This document shows, piece after piece, positions 41,862-49,779 of a DNA stretch of 64,000 bases; positions within the stretch are counted from its first letter, which is position 1; each line of letters begins with the position of its first letter. Both the position numbers and the translations under genes were made by a program. This stretch comes from an uncultured Acidobacteriota bacterium (GTDB lineage Bacteria > Acidobacteriota > Vicinamibacteria > Vicinamibacterales > CAVPJW01), in NCBI GenBank assembly GCA_963705525.1, contig CAVPJW010000004.1, positions 448,789 through 512,788 of the forward strand. The letters run 5' to 3'. The notes beneath the pieces were generated by a model. It was not told the origin of the DNA and searched no databases. It saw nothing but the letters and a program-made list of their open reading frames with translations.

Positions 41862-42676
41862 GAATGCATGTGCTCCCGTAGCGTCTGGACCGCCCGATCG
41901 GGTCGGTCCGTGATCAACGCGTCGGCGCCCCACGCGAGCAGCCGCCGCATGTCTTCGAGCTCGTTCACCGTCCATATCTGCACGACGAGCCCTCCGCGAT
42001 GGGCCGCGCGGATGAACCTCGGCGAGACCACGGTGGTTGCGCCATATCGTTCCGGCACCTGGAACGCCACGTAGGGCCGGTCGCGGATCGGCCAGCCGAT
42101 CCGCGACCCATACAGCGCCCACCTCACCTCTTCAAGGGACGCGCTGGTGGCCAGAAAGGGTTCGAGATGCCTGGCCTCGCGTATCCCCGCGGTCTCGAAG
42201 CACCCGATGCACACCTGCTCGACAGCGTCGGTCTGCCTGACATCTTCGATCACCGCACGAATGAGCGCGGGAGCACTTGTCTTCAGCTCGATGATGAAGC
42301 GCGTCTCGCGGTACCGGACGAGCACGGTCCTCAGCGTGGGTACGCCGATGCCACGTCCGCGGAATGGATACGCGCCTTCAGCCGAAAAGCGAGCGCCGGC
42401 ATCGACGTGCGCGAGTTCCGCTGCCGTTCGATCGGCGATCGCCCCGTGGGCGTCGGTCGTGCGGTCGAGGCCGGCATCGTGATGCACGACCGCCACGCCG
42501 TCGCGCGAGAGATGGACGTCGAGCTCCAGCCCGTCGGCGCCCAGCGCGAGGCCGTTGTCGAAGGCTGGAAGAGTGTTTTCAGGTGCCAGCGCGCTGCCGC
42601 CGCGGTGCGCGTACACCAGCGGCCTGGTGGAGGACACCGCCGGATGAGCCATCGATCGCTGTCGGTATCTTGCCAC
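41858..42676 (-). CDS. Glycerophosphodiester phosphodiesterase
   Basis: VYAHRGGSALAPENTLPAF...GADGLELDVHLSRDGVAVVHHD motif. Confidence 0.88.
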   Translation of the reverse strand: MARYRQRSMAHPAVSSTRPLVYAHRGGSALAPENTLPAFDNGLALGADGLELDVHLSRDGVAVVHHDAGLDRTTDAHGAIADRTAAELAHVDAGARFSAEGAYPFRGRGIGVPTLRTVLVRYRETRFIIELKTSAPALIRAVIEDVRQTDAVEQVCIGCFETAGIREARHLEPFLATSASLEEVRWALYGSRIGWPIRDRPYVAFQVPERYGATTVVSPRFIRAAHRGGLVVQIWTVNELEDMRRLLAWGADALITDRPDRAVQTLREHMHS

Positions 42677-42796
42677 AGGACATCGCCCGACGACGATGCT
42701 CGAGCATATCCAGAGCCGATTGCATGGATGTGACGTGCACGAACCGAAGGGACCGATCGCGTCGATCGCCTCTAACCTGCGTGATAGAATCGCGAT

Positions 42797-44326
42797 ATGA
42801 ACGCGCAGTCGAACTCAGTTGACAGGATCAAGACCCTCGGAGGCCTGCGGACCGCGCTGGCCGATCCGACCGCCGGCCTTATCCGACATCGGTCGGTCAA
42901 GGAAGAAATCAGGCATAACCTGATTGCCAAGCTTCGCCTGAACGAGGCGCTCTTCCCCGGCATCATCGGCTATGACGAGAGTGTGATTCCGCAAATCACC
43001 AACGCGATCCTCTCGCGTCACAATTTCATCCTGCTGGGCCTTCGCGGACAGGCGAAAAGCCGGATTCTTCGCGGACTCGCCGATTTGCTCGACGATGTCG
43101 TCCCGGTCGTGCCGGGCTGCGAGATCAACGACGATCCGTTTCGTCCGATCTGTTCGGCCTGCCGTGCGCGCGTCGCGCGCGAAGGCGACAACACGCCCGT
43201 CGCGTGGCTTCCCCGCACCGCGCGCTACGTGGAAAAACTCGCCACGCCAGACGTCACGATCGCCGACATGGTCGGCGACATCGATCCGATCAAGGCCGCG
43301 CGATCGGGTCTCCAGCTCTCTGATGAGATGACGATGCACTACGGACTGCTGCCGCGGTCGAACCGGGGGATTTTCGCCATCAACGAGCTGCCGGATCTGG
43401 CCGGGAAGATCCAGGTGGGTCTCTTTAACATCCTGCAGGAAGGCGACATTCAGATTAAGGGATATCCGGTCAGGCTGCCCCTCGATGTGCTGCTCGTCTT
43501 TACCGCCAACCCGGAGGACTACACCGCGCGGGGCAAGATCATCACGCCGCTCAAGGACCGCATCGGATCGGAGATTCGGACGCACTATCCCGCAAGCCGC
43601 CAGCATGCGATGGACATCACGAAGCAGGAGGCATGGCTCGAGCGCGCGAGCGGCACCGAGGTGGCCGTGCCTCCTTACGTGCGGGAAGTCGTCGAGGAGA
43701 TCGCGTTCCAGGCGCGGGGAGACCGCAAGATCGACAAGCGATCGGGCGTCAGCCAGCGGCTAGCAATCACGTGTCTTGAGAACGTCGTGTCGAACGCCGA
43801 ACGCCGGGCGATCACCAACGGCGAAGGCTGCGCGGTGGCGCGCGTCACCGATGTGTACGCGGCACTGCCGTCAATCACCGGCAAGTTCGAGCTCGAGTAC
43901 GAGGGCGAATTGCGGGGAGCCGATGCGGTGGCCCGCGATCTCATTCGCGCGGCCGTCGCCAATGTCTTCTCGGAGCGGATGCAGACATCCGACACGAAGT
44001 CGATCGTGGAATGGTTCGATCTCGGCGGCTCCCTCAAGCTGTCCGACATGGCATCATCGGCCGACGTTCTGACCGAAGCGCGGAAAGTGCAGGGGCTCGT
44101 CGAGCTCGCCCGCCACCTCGGCGTGCCCTCGAACGCCGCCCCACCCATCGTGGCCGCCGCCGTGGATTTCGTGCTCGAAGGCCTGCACGCGGTGAAGAAG
44201 ATCAGCCGCAACGACGAACGCGGGTATCACGCGGCGGAGCCCCCACGCCGCACGAACCGGCAGACCGAGCCGGCGCTCGACGAAGGAATCCTTCTGCCGG
44301 GATCGAAGAAGAAGTACTACAACTGA
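42797..44326 (+). CDS. AAA+ ATPase, Mg-chelatase ChlI/BchI-like branch, with degenerate Walker motifs
   Basis: GLRGQAKS (Walker A-like) and RGIFAINELPDL (Walker B-like, NE instead of DE). 509 aa. Separated from the VWA gene by 1 nt. Confidence 0.78.
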   Translation: MNAQSNSVDRIKTLGGLRTALADPTAGLIRHRSVKEEIRHNLIAKLRLNEALFPGIIGYDESVIPQITNAILSRHNFILLGLRGQAKSRILRGLADLLDDVVPVVPGCEINDDPFRPICSACRARVAREGDNTPVAWLPRTARYVEKLATPDVTIADMVGDIDPIKAARSGLQLSDEMTMHYGLLPRSNRGIFAINELPDLAGKIQVGLFNILQEGDIQIKGYPVRLPLDVLLVFTANPEDYTARGKIITPLKDRIGSEIRTHYPASRQHAMDITKQEAWLERASGTEVAVPPYVREVVEEIAFQARGDRKIDKRSGVSQRLAITCLENVVSNAERRAITNGEGCAVARVTDVYAALPSITGKFELEYEGELRGADAVARDLIRAAVANVFSERMQTSDTKSIVEWFDLGGSLKLSDMASSADVLTEARKVQGLVELARHLGVPSNAAPPIVAAAVDFVLEGLHAVKKISRNDERGYHAAEPPRRTNRQTEPALDEGILLPGSKKKYYN

Positions 44327-44327
44327 G

Positions 44328-45623
44328 ATGAAGTACACGTACACGAAGTTCGTCGGCGATGATCTCTCCGATCTCGATCTCGAGGAACTCGTGTCGCGCC
44401 TGTCCGACCTCCTGCTGTCGAGCGGTTTCCGCAACCCTTACGGCTCATCGTCCGACGAGGATGAGGACGACCGGACCATTCAGGCGCTGCACGATGCGAT
44501 TCTCGAAGCGCTGATGAGCGGCGGATTGCTCTCGGACGAGACGATCGAAAAACTCCTCGGCGATCCCGCCGACGCCGACCAGTCGGGCACGAGATCCGCG
44601 CTCGAGGAGCTCATCCAGAAAATCATCGAGAAGCTCGAGACCGAAGGCTTCATTTCCACCGCGCCCGACCAGAGCGGCGAACGCACCCGCCGCCAGGGCG
44701 GCCACGGCTCCGAGCAGGACGAGGCGTCTCCGCCCGTGACCTTCGAAGTGACCGACAAGAGCCTGGACTTTCTGGGTTATCGCGCCCTGCGGGATTTGCT
44801 GGGCTCGCTGGGCAAGAGCAGCCACGGGCGGCACGATACGCGCGATCCCGCGACCGGCATCGAAGCGCTGGCGGCGCCCAAGCCGTACGAGTTCGGCGAC
44901 ACCCTCAATCTCGATCCAAGCAGCACGATCCTGAGCGCCGTCCGCCGAGCCTTGAGTGCGGGCCGGCCCATCGCAGGCAAGGACGGCAGCCTGGACGTGG
45001 ACTATCAGGACCTCATGGTCGCGCAGGGCGAGTATCAGAGCTCCTGCGCGACGGTGCTCATGCTCGACTGCAGTCACAGCATGATTCTCTACGGCGAGGA
45101 CCGGTTCACGCCGGCGAAGCGCGTGGCGCTGGCGCTCTCCAACCTGATCCGCCTTCAGTATCCGGGCGACGCGCTCAAGCTCGTGCTGTTTCACGATTCC
45201 GCGGAGGAAGTGCCGCTTCAGCAACTCGGTCGTGTGCGCGTCGGTCCCTACTACACGAATACGCGCGAGGGCCTGAGGCTGGCGCGGCGGCTGCTCGAAA
45301 AGCAGCGCAAGGACATGCGGCAGATCATCATGATCACCGACGGCAAGCCGTCGGCGCTCACACAGCCAGACGGCCGGATCTACAAGAACGCCTTCGGCCT
45401 CGATCCGTTCATCGTGGCTGAGACGATTGCGGAGGTTGGCGCCTGCCGCCGAAGCGGCATTCTCATCAACACGTTCATGCTGGCCCGCGACCACGATCTG
45501 GTCAGCTTCGTGCGCCGCGTCGCGCAGATCTGCCGCGGAAAGGCGTATTTCACGACGCCGTTCACGCTCGGGCAGTATGTGTTGATGGATTACATGGACA
45601 AGAAGACGCGAACGATTCACTGA
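44328..45623 (+). CDS. von Willebrand factor A (VWA) domain protein with acidic N-terminal region
   Basis: MIDAS-like DCSHSM ... ITDGKPS in the C-terminal half. N-terminal 150 aa rich in D/E/S. Confidence 0.85.
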   Translation: MKYTYTKFVGDDLSDLDLEELVSRLSDLLLSSGFRNPYGSSSDEDEDDRTIQALHDAILEALMSGGLLSDETIEKLLGDPADADQSGTRSALEELIQKIIEKLETEGFISTAPDQSGERTRRQGGHGSEQDEASPPVTFEVTDKSLDFLGYRALRDLLGSLGKSSHGRHDTRDPATGIEALAAPKPYEFGDTLNLDPSSTILSAVRRALSAGRPIAGKDGSLDVDYQDLMVAQGEYQSSCATVLMLDCSHSMILYGEDRFTPAKRVALALSNLIRLQYPGDALKLVLFHDSAEEVPLQQLGRVRVGPYYTNTREGLRLARRLLEKQRKDMRQIIMITDGKPSALTQPDGRIYKNAFGLDPFIVAETIAEVGACRRSGILINTFMLARDHDLVSFVRRVAQICRGKAYFTTPFTLGQYVLMDYMDKKTRTIH

Positions 45624-45630
45624 GTGGGTC

Positions 45631-46263
45631 ATGCTGCCGCCCGTTATCCCGATCTTCCCGCTGCCGAACGTGGTGCTCTTCCCCGGCGTCTTTCTGCCTC
45701 TTCACATCTTCGAGCCGCGCTATCGGGACATGGTGCGAGACGCGCTCACCGGCGATCGCGTGATTGGCATGGTGTTGCTTCGCCCGGAAGGGCTCCAGGA
45801 CTATGAAGGACGGCCGCCGGTCTACCCCATCGGATGCGCCGGCCTCATCACGCATGCAGAGCGGCTTCAGGATGGTCGCTTCAACATCATTCTGCGAGGG
45901 CTCGAAAAATTCCAGGTCGTTGGCGAGGAGCACGACCGGACGTACCGACGCGCACACGTCACGCCGCTGCCCGAGCCCGCATCGGACGCCGAGCGTCGCG
46001 GGATCCGAGACGAACGGCGAAAGCTCGAGGCCCTGCTGAAGCTCGCCACCGAGCACTCGGGCACCGATCCTCGCGTGCCGTCTTCAGTGGCCGACGAAGA
46101 CCTCGTCAACGCGCTTGCCCAGTACCTGGAACTGGAGCCTGTCGAGAAACAGGCGCTCCTCGAGCGCGAAGGACCGCTCGCGCGCTGTCAGTCGCTCGTC
46201 GAGCTGCTCGAGATGAAAGTGATGGCCGCCCGCAACCCGATGTCCCTCGATTGGGCGCACTAG
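45631..46263 (+). CDS. Lon N-terminal (LON substrate-binding) domain protein, stand-alone
   Basis: IPIFPLPNVVLFPGVFLPLHIFEPRYRDMV is the hallmark start of the Lon N domain. No ATPase or protease domain follows. 7 nt after the VWA stop. Confidence 0.88.
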   Translation: MLPPVIPIFPLPNVVLFPGVFLPLHIFEPRYRDMVRDALTGDRVIGMVLLRPEGLQDYEGRPPVYPIGCAGLITHAERLQDGRFNIILRGLEKFQVVGEEHDRTYRRAHVTPLPEPASDAERRGIRDERRKLEALLKLATEHSGTDPRVPSSVADEDLVNALAQYLELEPVEKQALLEREGPLARCQSLVELLEMKVMAARNPMSLDWAH

Positions 46264-47255
46264 CCGGACGTTCCCACCGGAAACCGCTCGCAAAGCACCT
46301 TCACAATCGCGTCCCCGTGGAACCGCCCGTTCTCGATGAAGATCGGCGCGGTGTTCTTGCCCGTGATGGCTCCGCCGGCGATGAAGAGATTGGGAACGTT
46401 CGTCTCGAAAGTCTGGGGGTCGTGCTGCGCGACGCCATTACTCTCATTGACGACCACTCCCGCAGAGCGTAGTAACGCGAAGTCCGGATGGTAGCCCGTC
46501 AGCAGCAGCACGTTGTCGGCGTCGAGGTCCCGCGCCGTTCCTTTCGCGTCCACGCGAATCGTTCGGGGACCAATCTCGAGAATGCGGGTATCGAAATACG
46601 CCTTGACCGCCCCCTCCTTGATTCGATTCTCGATGTCAGGCTTCACCCAGTACTTGATGGTCGACTTGAGGGCCGAACGGTAGTGAACGAGCGTCACGAA
46701 CGCGCCGGCTCGGTGAAGGTCGAGCGCCGCCTCCGCCGCCGAATTCCCGCCTCCAACCACCACGACGCGTCGTCCATAGAACGCATGCGTTTCACTGAAG
46801 TAGTGAGACACGTGCGGAAGATCTTCACCCGGCACCCCCAGGCGATTTGGATGATCGTAGTACCCGATGGCCAGAACCACCGCACGGCACTTCCGTGTCG
46901 TCTCCCCGTCGCTCGTCACGCCGGTGACCGTGAAGGAACCATCATCGCTCGGACTGATGCCGCGGACGACTTCCCCGTAGTGAATCGGCAGCCGGAAGAT
47001 GTCCTGGACGCGACGGTAGTACCGCAGCACTTCGTGGCGCGTTGGCTTGTCGTAGGGCGACACAAACGGCACGTTTCCAATCTCGAGGAGATCGGCGGTC
47101 GTGAAGAACACCATCTGGGGCGGAAAGTGAAAGATCGAATTGACGAGGACACCCTTCTCGACGATCACGTAATCGAAACCGGCCTGCCCGGCCGCAATGC
47201 CCGCCGCCATTCCGGCGGGTCCGGCCCCCACGATGATCAGATCGTGAACGGTCAT
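46260..47255 (-). CDS. ypdA: YpdA-family FAD/NAD(P)-dependent disulfide reductase (putative bacillithiol disulfide reductase family)
   Basis: IIVGAGPAGMAAG, HYFSETHAFYGRRVVVVGGGNSA, TGYHPDF and IFIENGRFHG align with my recollection of B. subtilis YpdA. Start MTVHDL at 47255. Confidence 0.82.
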   Translation of the reverse strand: MTVHDLIIVGAGPAGMAAGIAAGQAGFDYVIVEKGVLVNSIFHFPPQMVFFTTADLLEIGNVPFVSPYDKPTRHEVLRYYRRVQDIFRLPIHYGEVVRGISPSDDGSFTVTGVTSDGETTRKCRAVVLAIGYYDHPNRLGVPGEDLPHVSHYFSETHAFYGRRVVVVGGGNSAAEAALDLHRAGAFVTLVHYRSALKSTIKYWVKPDIENRIKEGAVKAYFDTRILEIGPRTIRVDAKGTARDLDADNVLLLTGYHPDFALLRSAGVVVNESNGVAQHDPQTFETNVPNLFIAGGAITGKNTAPIFIENGRFHGDAIVKVLCERFPVGTSG

Positions 47256-47396
47256 ATGTCGGTGGTCCCGCGAACGTGTGCGGCCACCATGGTCGGCCGG
47301 CCGCACATCCACATTGCCCAGCATCTTGACACAATCGAGCGTCCGTCGGCCCGGACCGAGCGGGGTAGAATGCGTGTCGTCCAAGGAGCCCTCGCC

Positions 47397-49568
47397 ATGT
47401 CACATCCTCACCGCTTCGTGGTCGTCTCCATCGCTCTCGTGATCGCCACCCTCGCCGTGACAGGTGCGCAGGGGCGTCGGCCGATCGCCGAAACGGACCT
47501 GCTGAAGTTCGTCTGGGCCGCCGATCCGCAGGTGTCGCCCGACGGCAAACAGATTGCGTTCGTTCGTGTTGTGGTGAATGAAGACGAAGATCGATATGAG
47601 CACGCCATCTGGACCGCGCCCGTCGACCGATCGCAGCCACCACGCCCCCTGACGACCGGCGTGCGGGACACCGCGCCCCGCTGGTCGCCGGACGGCCGCT
47701 GGCTCGCATTTCTTCGTTCCGTGGACACGGATGGCAAGCCGCAGCCGGCGCAGTTGTTCGTCATGCCGACCGATGGTGGAGAGGCGCGCGCCGTCACCAA
47801 CCTTCCGAAGGGCGCCGCCGAGCCAGTCTGGTCGCCCGACAGCCGAATGGTGGCGTTCCAGTCCACGACGAGTCTGGAGGATCTGGAAAAACAGCAGGCG
47901 GAATCCCGCAAAGACCAGCCGGGCTCCACCGAACCGAAAAAAAAGCGCGAGAGCGACGTCCGGATCATCACGCGTGCGGTGTATCGATCGAACGGCAGAG
48001 GCTATCTCGATGCGGAACGTCACTCGCACATCTGGACGATAGCGATCCCTGCGGAAGGCGAGTCTCCAGCACCGACGCAGATCACCCGCGGGCAATTCGA
48101 TGAGAACGATGTCGTCTGGAGCCCCGACGGCGCGCGGTTGTTCTACACCTCAAACCGGGTCGATGAGGCGTACTACCTTGCCCAGGACGCCGATCTGTAC
48201 GCCGTGCCATCGACGGGCGGCGAGGCGCAGCTCATTGCCTCGATCGACGGCCAGATCGCCAATCCCGTCCCGTCGTCGGACGGCAAACGCATCGCCTTCA
48301 TCGGCACCCTGTCCGGCACACCGCTTCGTTCGTACAGCGAGGCCGACCTCTTCGTGACGGACAGCACCGCGGGAGCCACGCCCGTCAACCTGACGACGGG
48401 ATATGACTTCGACATCGATGGCGGCATCGGCGGCGATCAACGCGCGCCTCGCGGGACCGCTCATTCGACCGCGATCTGGACGAGCGACGGCAAGGGCATC
48501 ATCGTCGTGACGAGCGCGCACGGCAGCGCGAATTTGACGCGCATCGATGCGGCGACAGGAGCCGTGTCCCCGATCACCGATGGCGCACGTGATGTGATCT
48601 CCTACACGGCCAGTCGCGATGGCAACAGGCTCGCGCTGCTGGTGTCCACGCCGACCAGTGTTGGTGACATCTTCACGACCACTCTCTCCGGGTCGTCGTC
48701 TACGCTCGAACGCGTGACGTCGTTGAACGACAACCTCTTCGGCCAGCTCGCCGTGAGCGAGCCCGAGGAGATTTGGTATACGACCTTCGACGGGCGGAAG
48801 ATTCAGGGCTGGATCCTGAAACCTCCCGATTTCGATTCATCGAAGAAATATCCGTTCATTCTCGAAATTCATGGCGGGCCGCACGCCGCATATGGGAATA
48901 CGTTCACGCATGAGTTCTCGTGGCTCGCGGCCCGTGGTTACGTCGTGCTGTACACCAATCCGCGCGGCAGCACGTCATACGGCCAGGAATTCGGCAACCT
49001 CATTCAGTATCACTATCCCGGTGACGACTATCGCGATCTGATGGCTGGCGTCGATGAGGTCCTCAAACGCGGATACCTCGATGCCAAGCGTCTCGGGGTC
49101 ACCGGCGGGAGTGGTGGCGGCGTGTTGACGAACTGGACGATCACGCACACCAATCGATTCGCCGCCGCGGTCTCGCAGCGATCCATCGCCGACTGGTCGG
49201 GCTTCTGGTACACCGCCGACTTCACGCTCTACACGCCGACCTGGTTCAAAGCCGCGCCGTGGGAGGACACCGACGACTTTCGAGAACGATCTCCCATCAC
49301 ACACATCGCCAGCGTGATGACGCCGTTGATGCTCGTGGAGGGCGAAGCCGACTTGCGCACGCCTCCGTCCGACGGCGGAGAGCAGATGTTCCGCGCCTTG
49401 AAGTATCTGAAGCGTCCGGTGGTCATGGTCCGGTTCCCCGATGAAACGCACGAGCTCTCTCGATCCGGAAAACCCTGGCACCGCATCGAGCGGCTGCGCC
49501 ACATCGCCGGCTGGCTCGACAAGTACCTGCTGGGGAAAGACGCGGGAACGTACGCGCTTCCAGAATAA
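47397..49568 (+). CDS. S9 family serine peptidase (PD40 propeller + prolyl-oligopeptidase-type hydrolase)
   Basis: Signal peptide MSHPHRFVVVSIALVIATLAVTGAQG, SPDG blades, and GVTGGSGGGVLTNW nucleophile elbow. The ORF-track 5' extension (46488..47396) is antisense to ypdA. Confidence 0.9.
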   Translation: MSHPHRFVVVSIALVIATLAVTGAQGRRPIAETDLLKFVWAADPQVSPDGKQIAFVRVVVNEDEDRYEHAIWTAPVDRSQPPRPLTTGVRDTAPRWSPDGRWLAFLRSVDTDGKPQPAQLFVMPTDGGEARAVTNLPKGAAEPVWSPDSRMVAFQSTTSLEDLEKQQAESRKDQPGSTEPKKKRESDVRIITRAVYRSNGRGYLDAERHSHIWTIAIPAEGESPAPTQITRGQFDENDVVWSPDGARLFYTSNRVDEAYYLAQDADLYAVPSTGGEAQLIASIDGQIANPVPSSDGKRIAFIGTLSGTPLRSYSEADLFVTDSTAGATPVNLTTGYDFDIDGGIGGDQRAPRGTAHSTAIWTSDGKGIIVVTSAHGSANLTRIDAATGAVSPITDGARDVISYTASRDGNRLALLVSTPTSVGDIFTTTLSGSSSTLERVTSLNDNLFGQLAVSEPEEIWYTTFDGRKIQGWILKPPDFDSSKKYPFILEIHGGPHAAYGNTFTHEFSWLAARGYVVLYTNPRGSTSYGQEFGNLIQYHYPGDDYRDLMAGVDEVLKRGYLDAKRLGVTGGSGGGVLTNWTITHTNRFAAAVSQRSIADWSGFWYTADFTLYTPTWFKAAPWEDTDDFRERSPITHIASVMTPLMLVEGEADLRTPPSDGGEQMFRALKYLKRPVVMVRFPDETHELSRSGKPWHRIERLRHIAGWLDKYLLGKDAGTYALPE

Positions 49569-49575
49569 GTAGAAC

Positions 49576-49597
49576 GCCGACCAAGTCGGTCGGCTTT
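49576..49597 (+). terminator. Weak hairpin after the S9 peptidase gene
   Basis: GCCGACC AAGTC GGTCGGC followed by TTTA. 7-bp stem with a short U-run. Confidence 0.4.
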
Positions 49598-49779
49598 ATC
49601 CAACCTGGACAGCCGTGGTGCCCGGTCGGCGGGGACAAATGCCCGCCCACTGGAAAACCAGCAGGAAACAGCCGAGATTTGGCTATGATCGTGCCCGAAC
49701 TCAGACTGGCCGTCATCCGTCCTGTCCCGTTCGGGACGCGGCTGGGCGGCACCCGAGTGTCCTGTCGTCAAGGAGAGCG

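Noticed and set aside
46488-47396. 303-aa N-terminal extension that makes the S9 peptidase ORF 1026 aa long
   Set aside because: The extension is antisense to the well-supported ypdA gene and has shadow-ORF composition. A proper start with a signal peptide (MSHPHRFVVVSIALVIATLAVTGAQG) exists at 47397.
49598-49779. Possible riboswitch (cobalamin or SAM) in the ~180-nt leader of the radical-SAM Tes-like gene
   Set aside because: I can draw several 6-7 bp pairings (GGTGCC/GGCACC, GGGACA/TGTCCC, CCCGAAC/GTTCGGG) and a CCGCCCACTGG string faintly like the cobalamin core. The GGGAA...GGTG..AA..CC context and B12 box are not there, and no SAM-I/II core is visible. There is not enough evidence to report, although an Infernal/Rfam scan would settle it.
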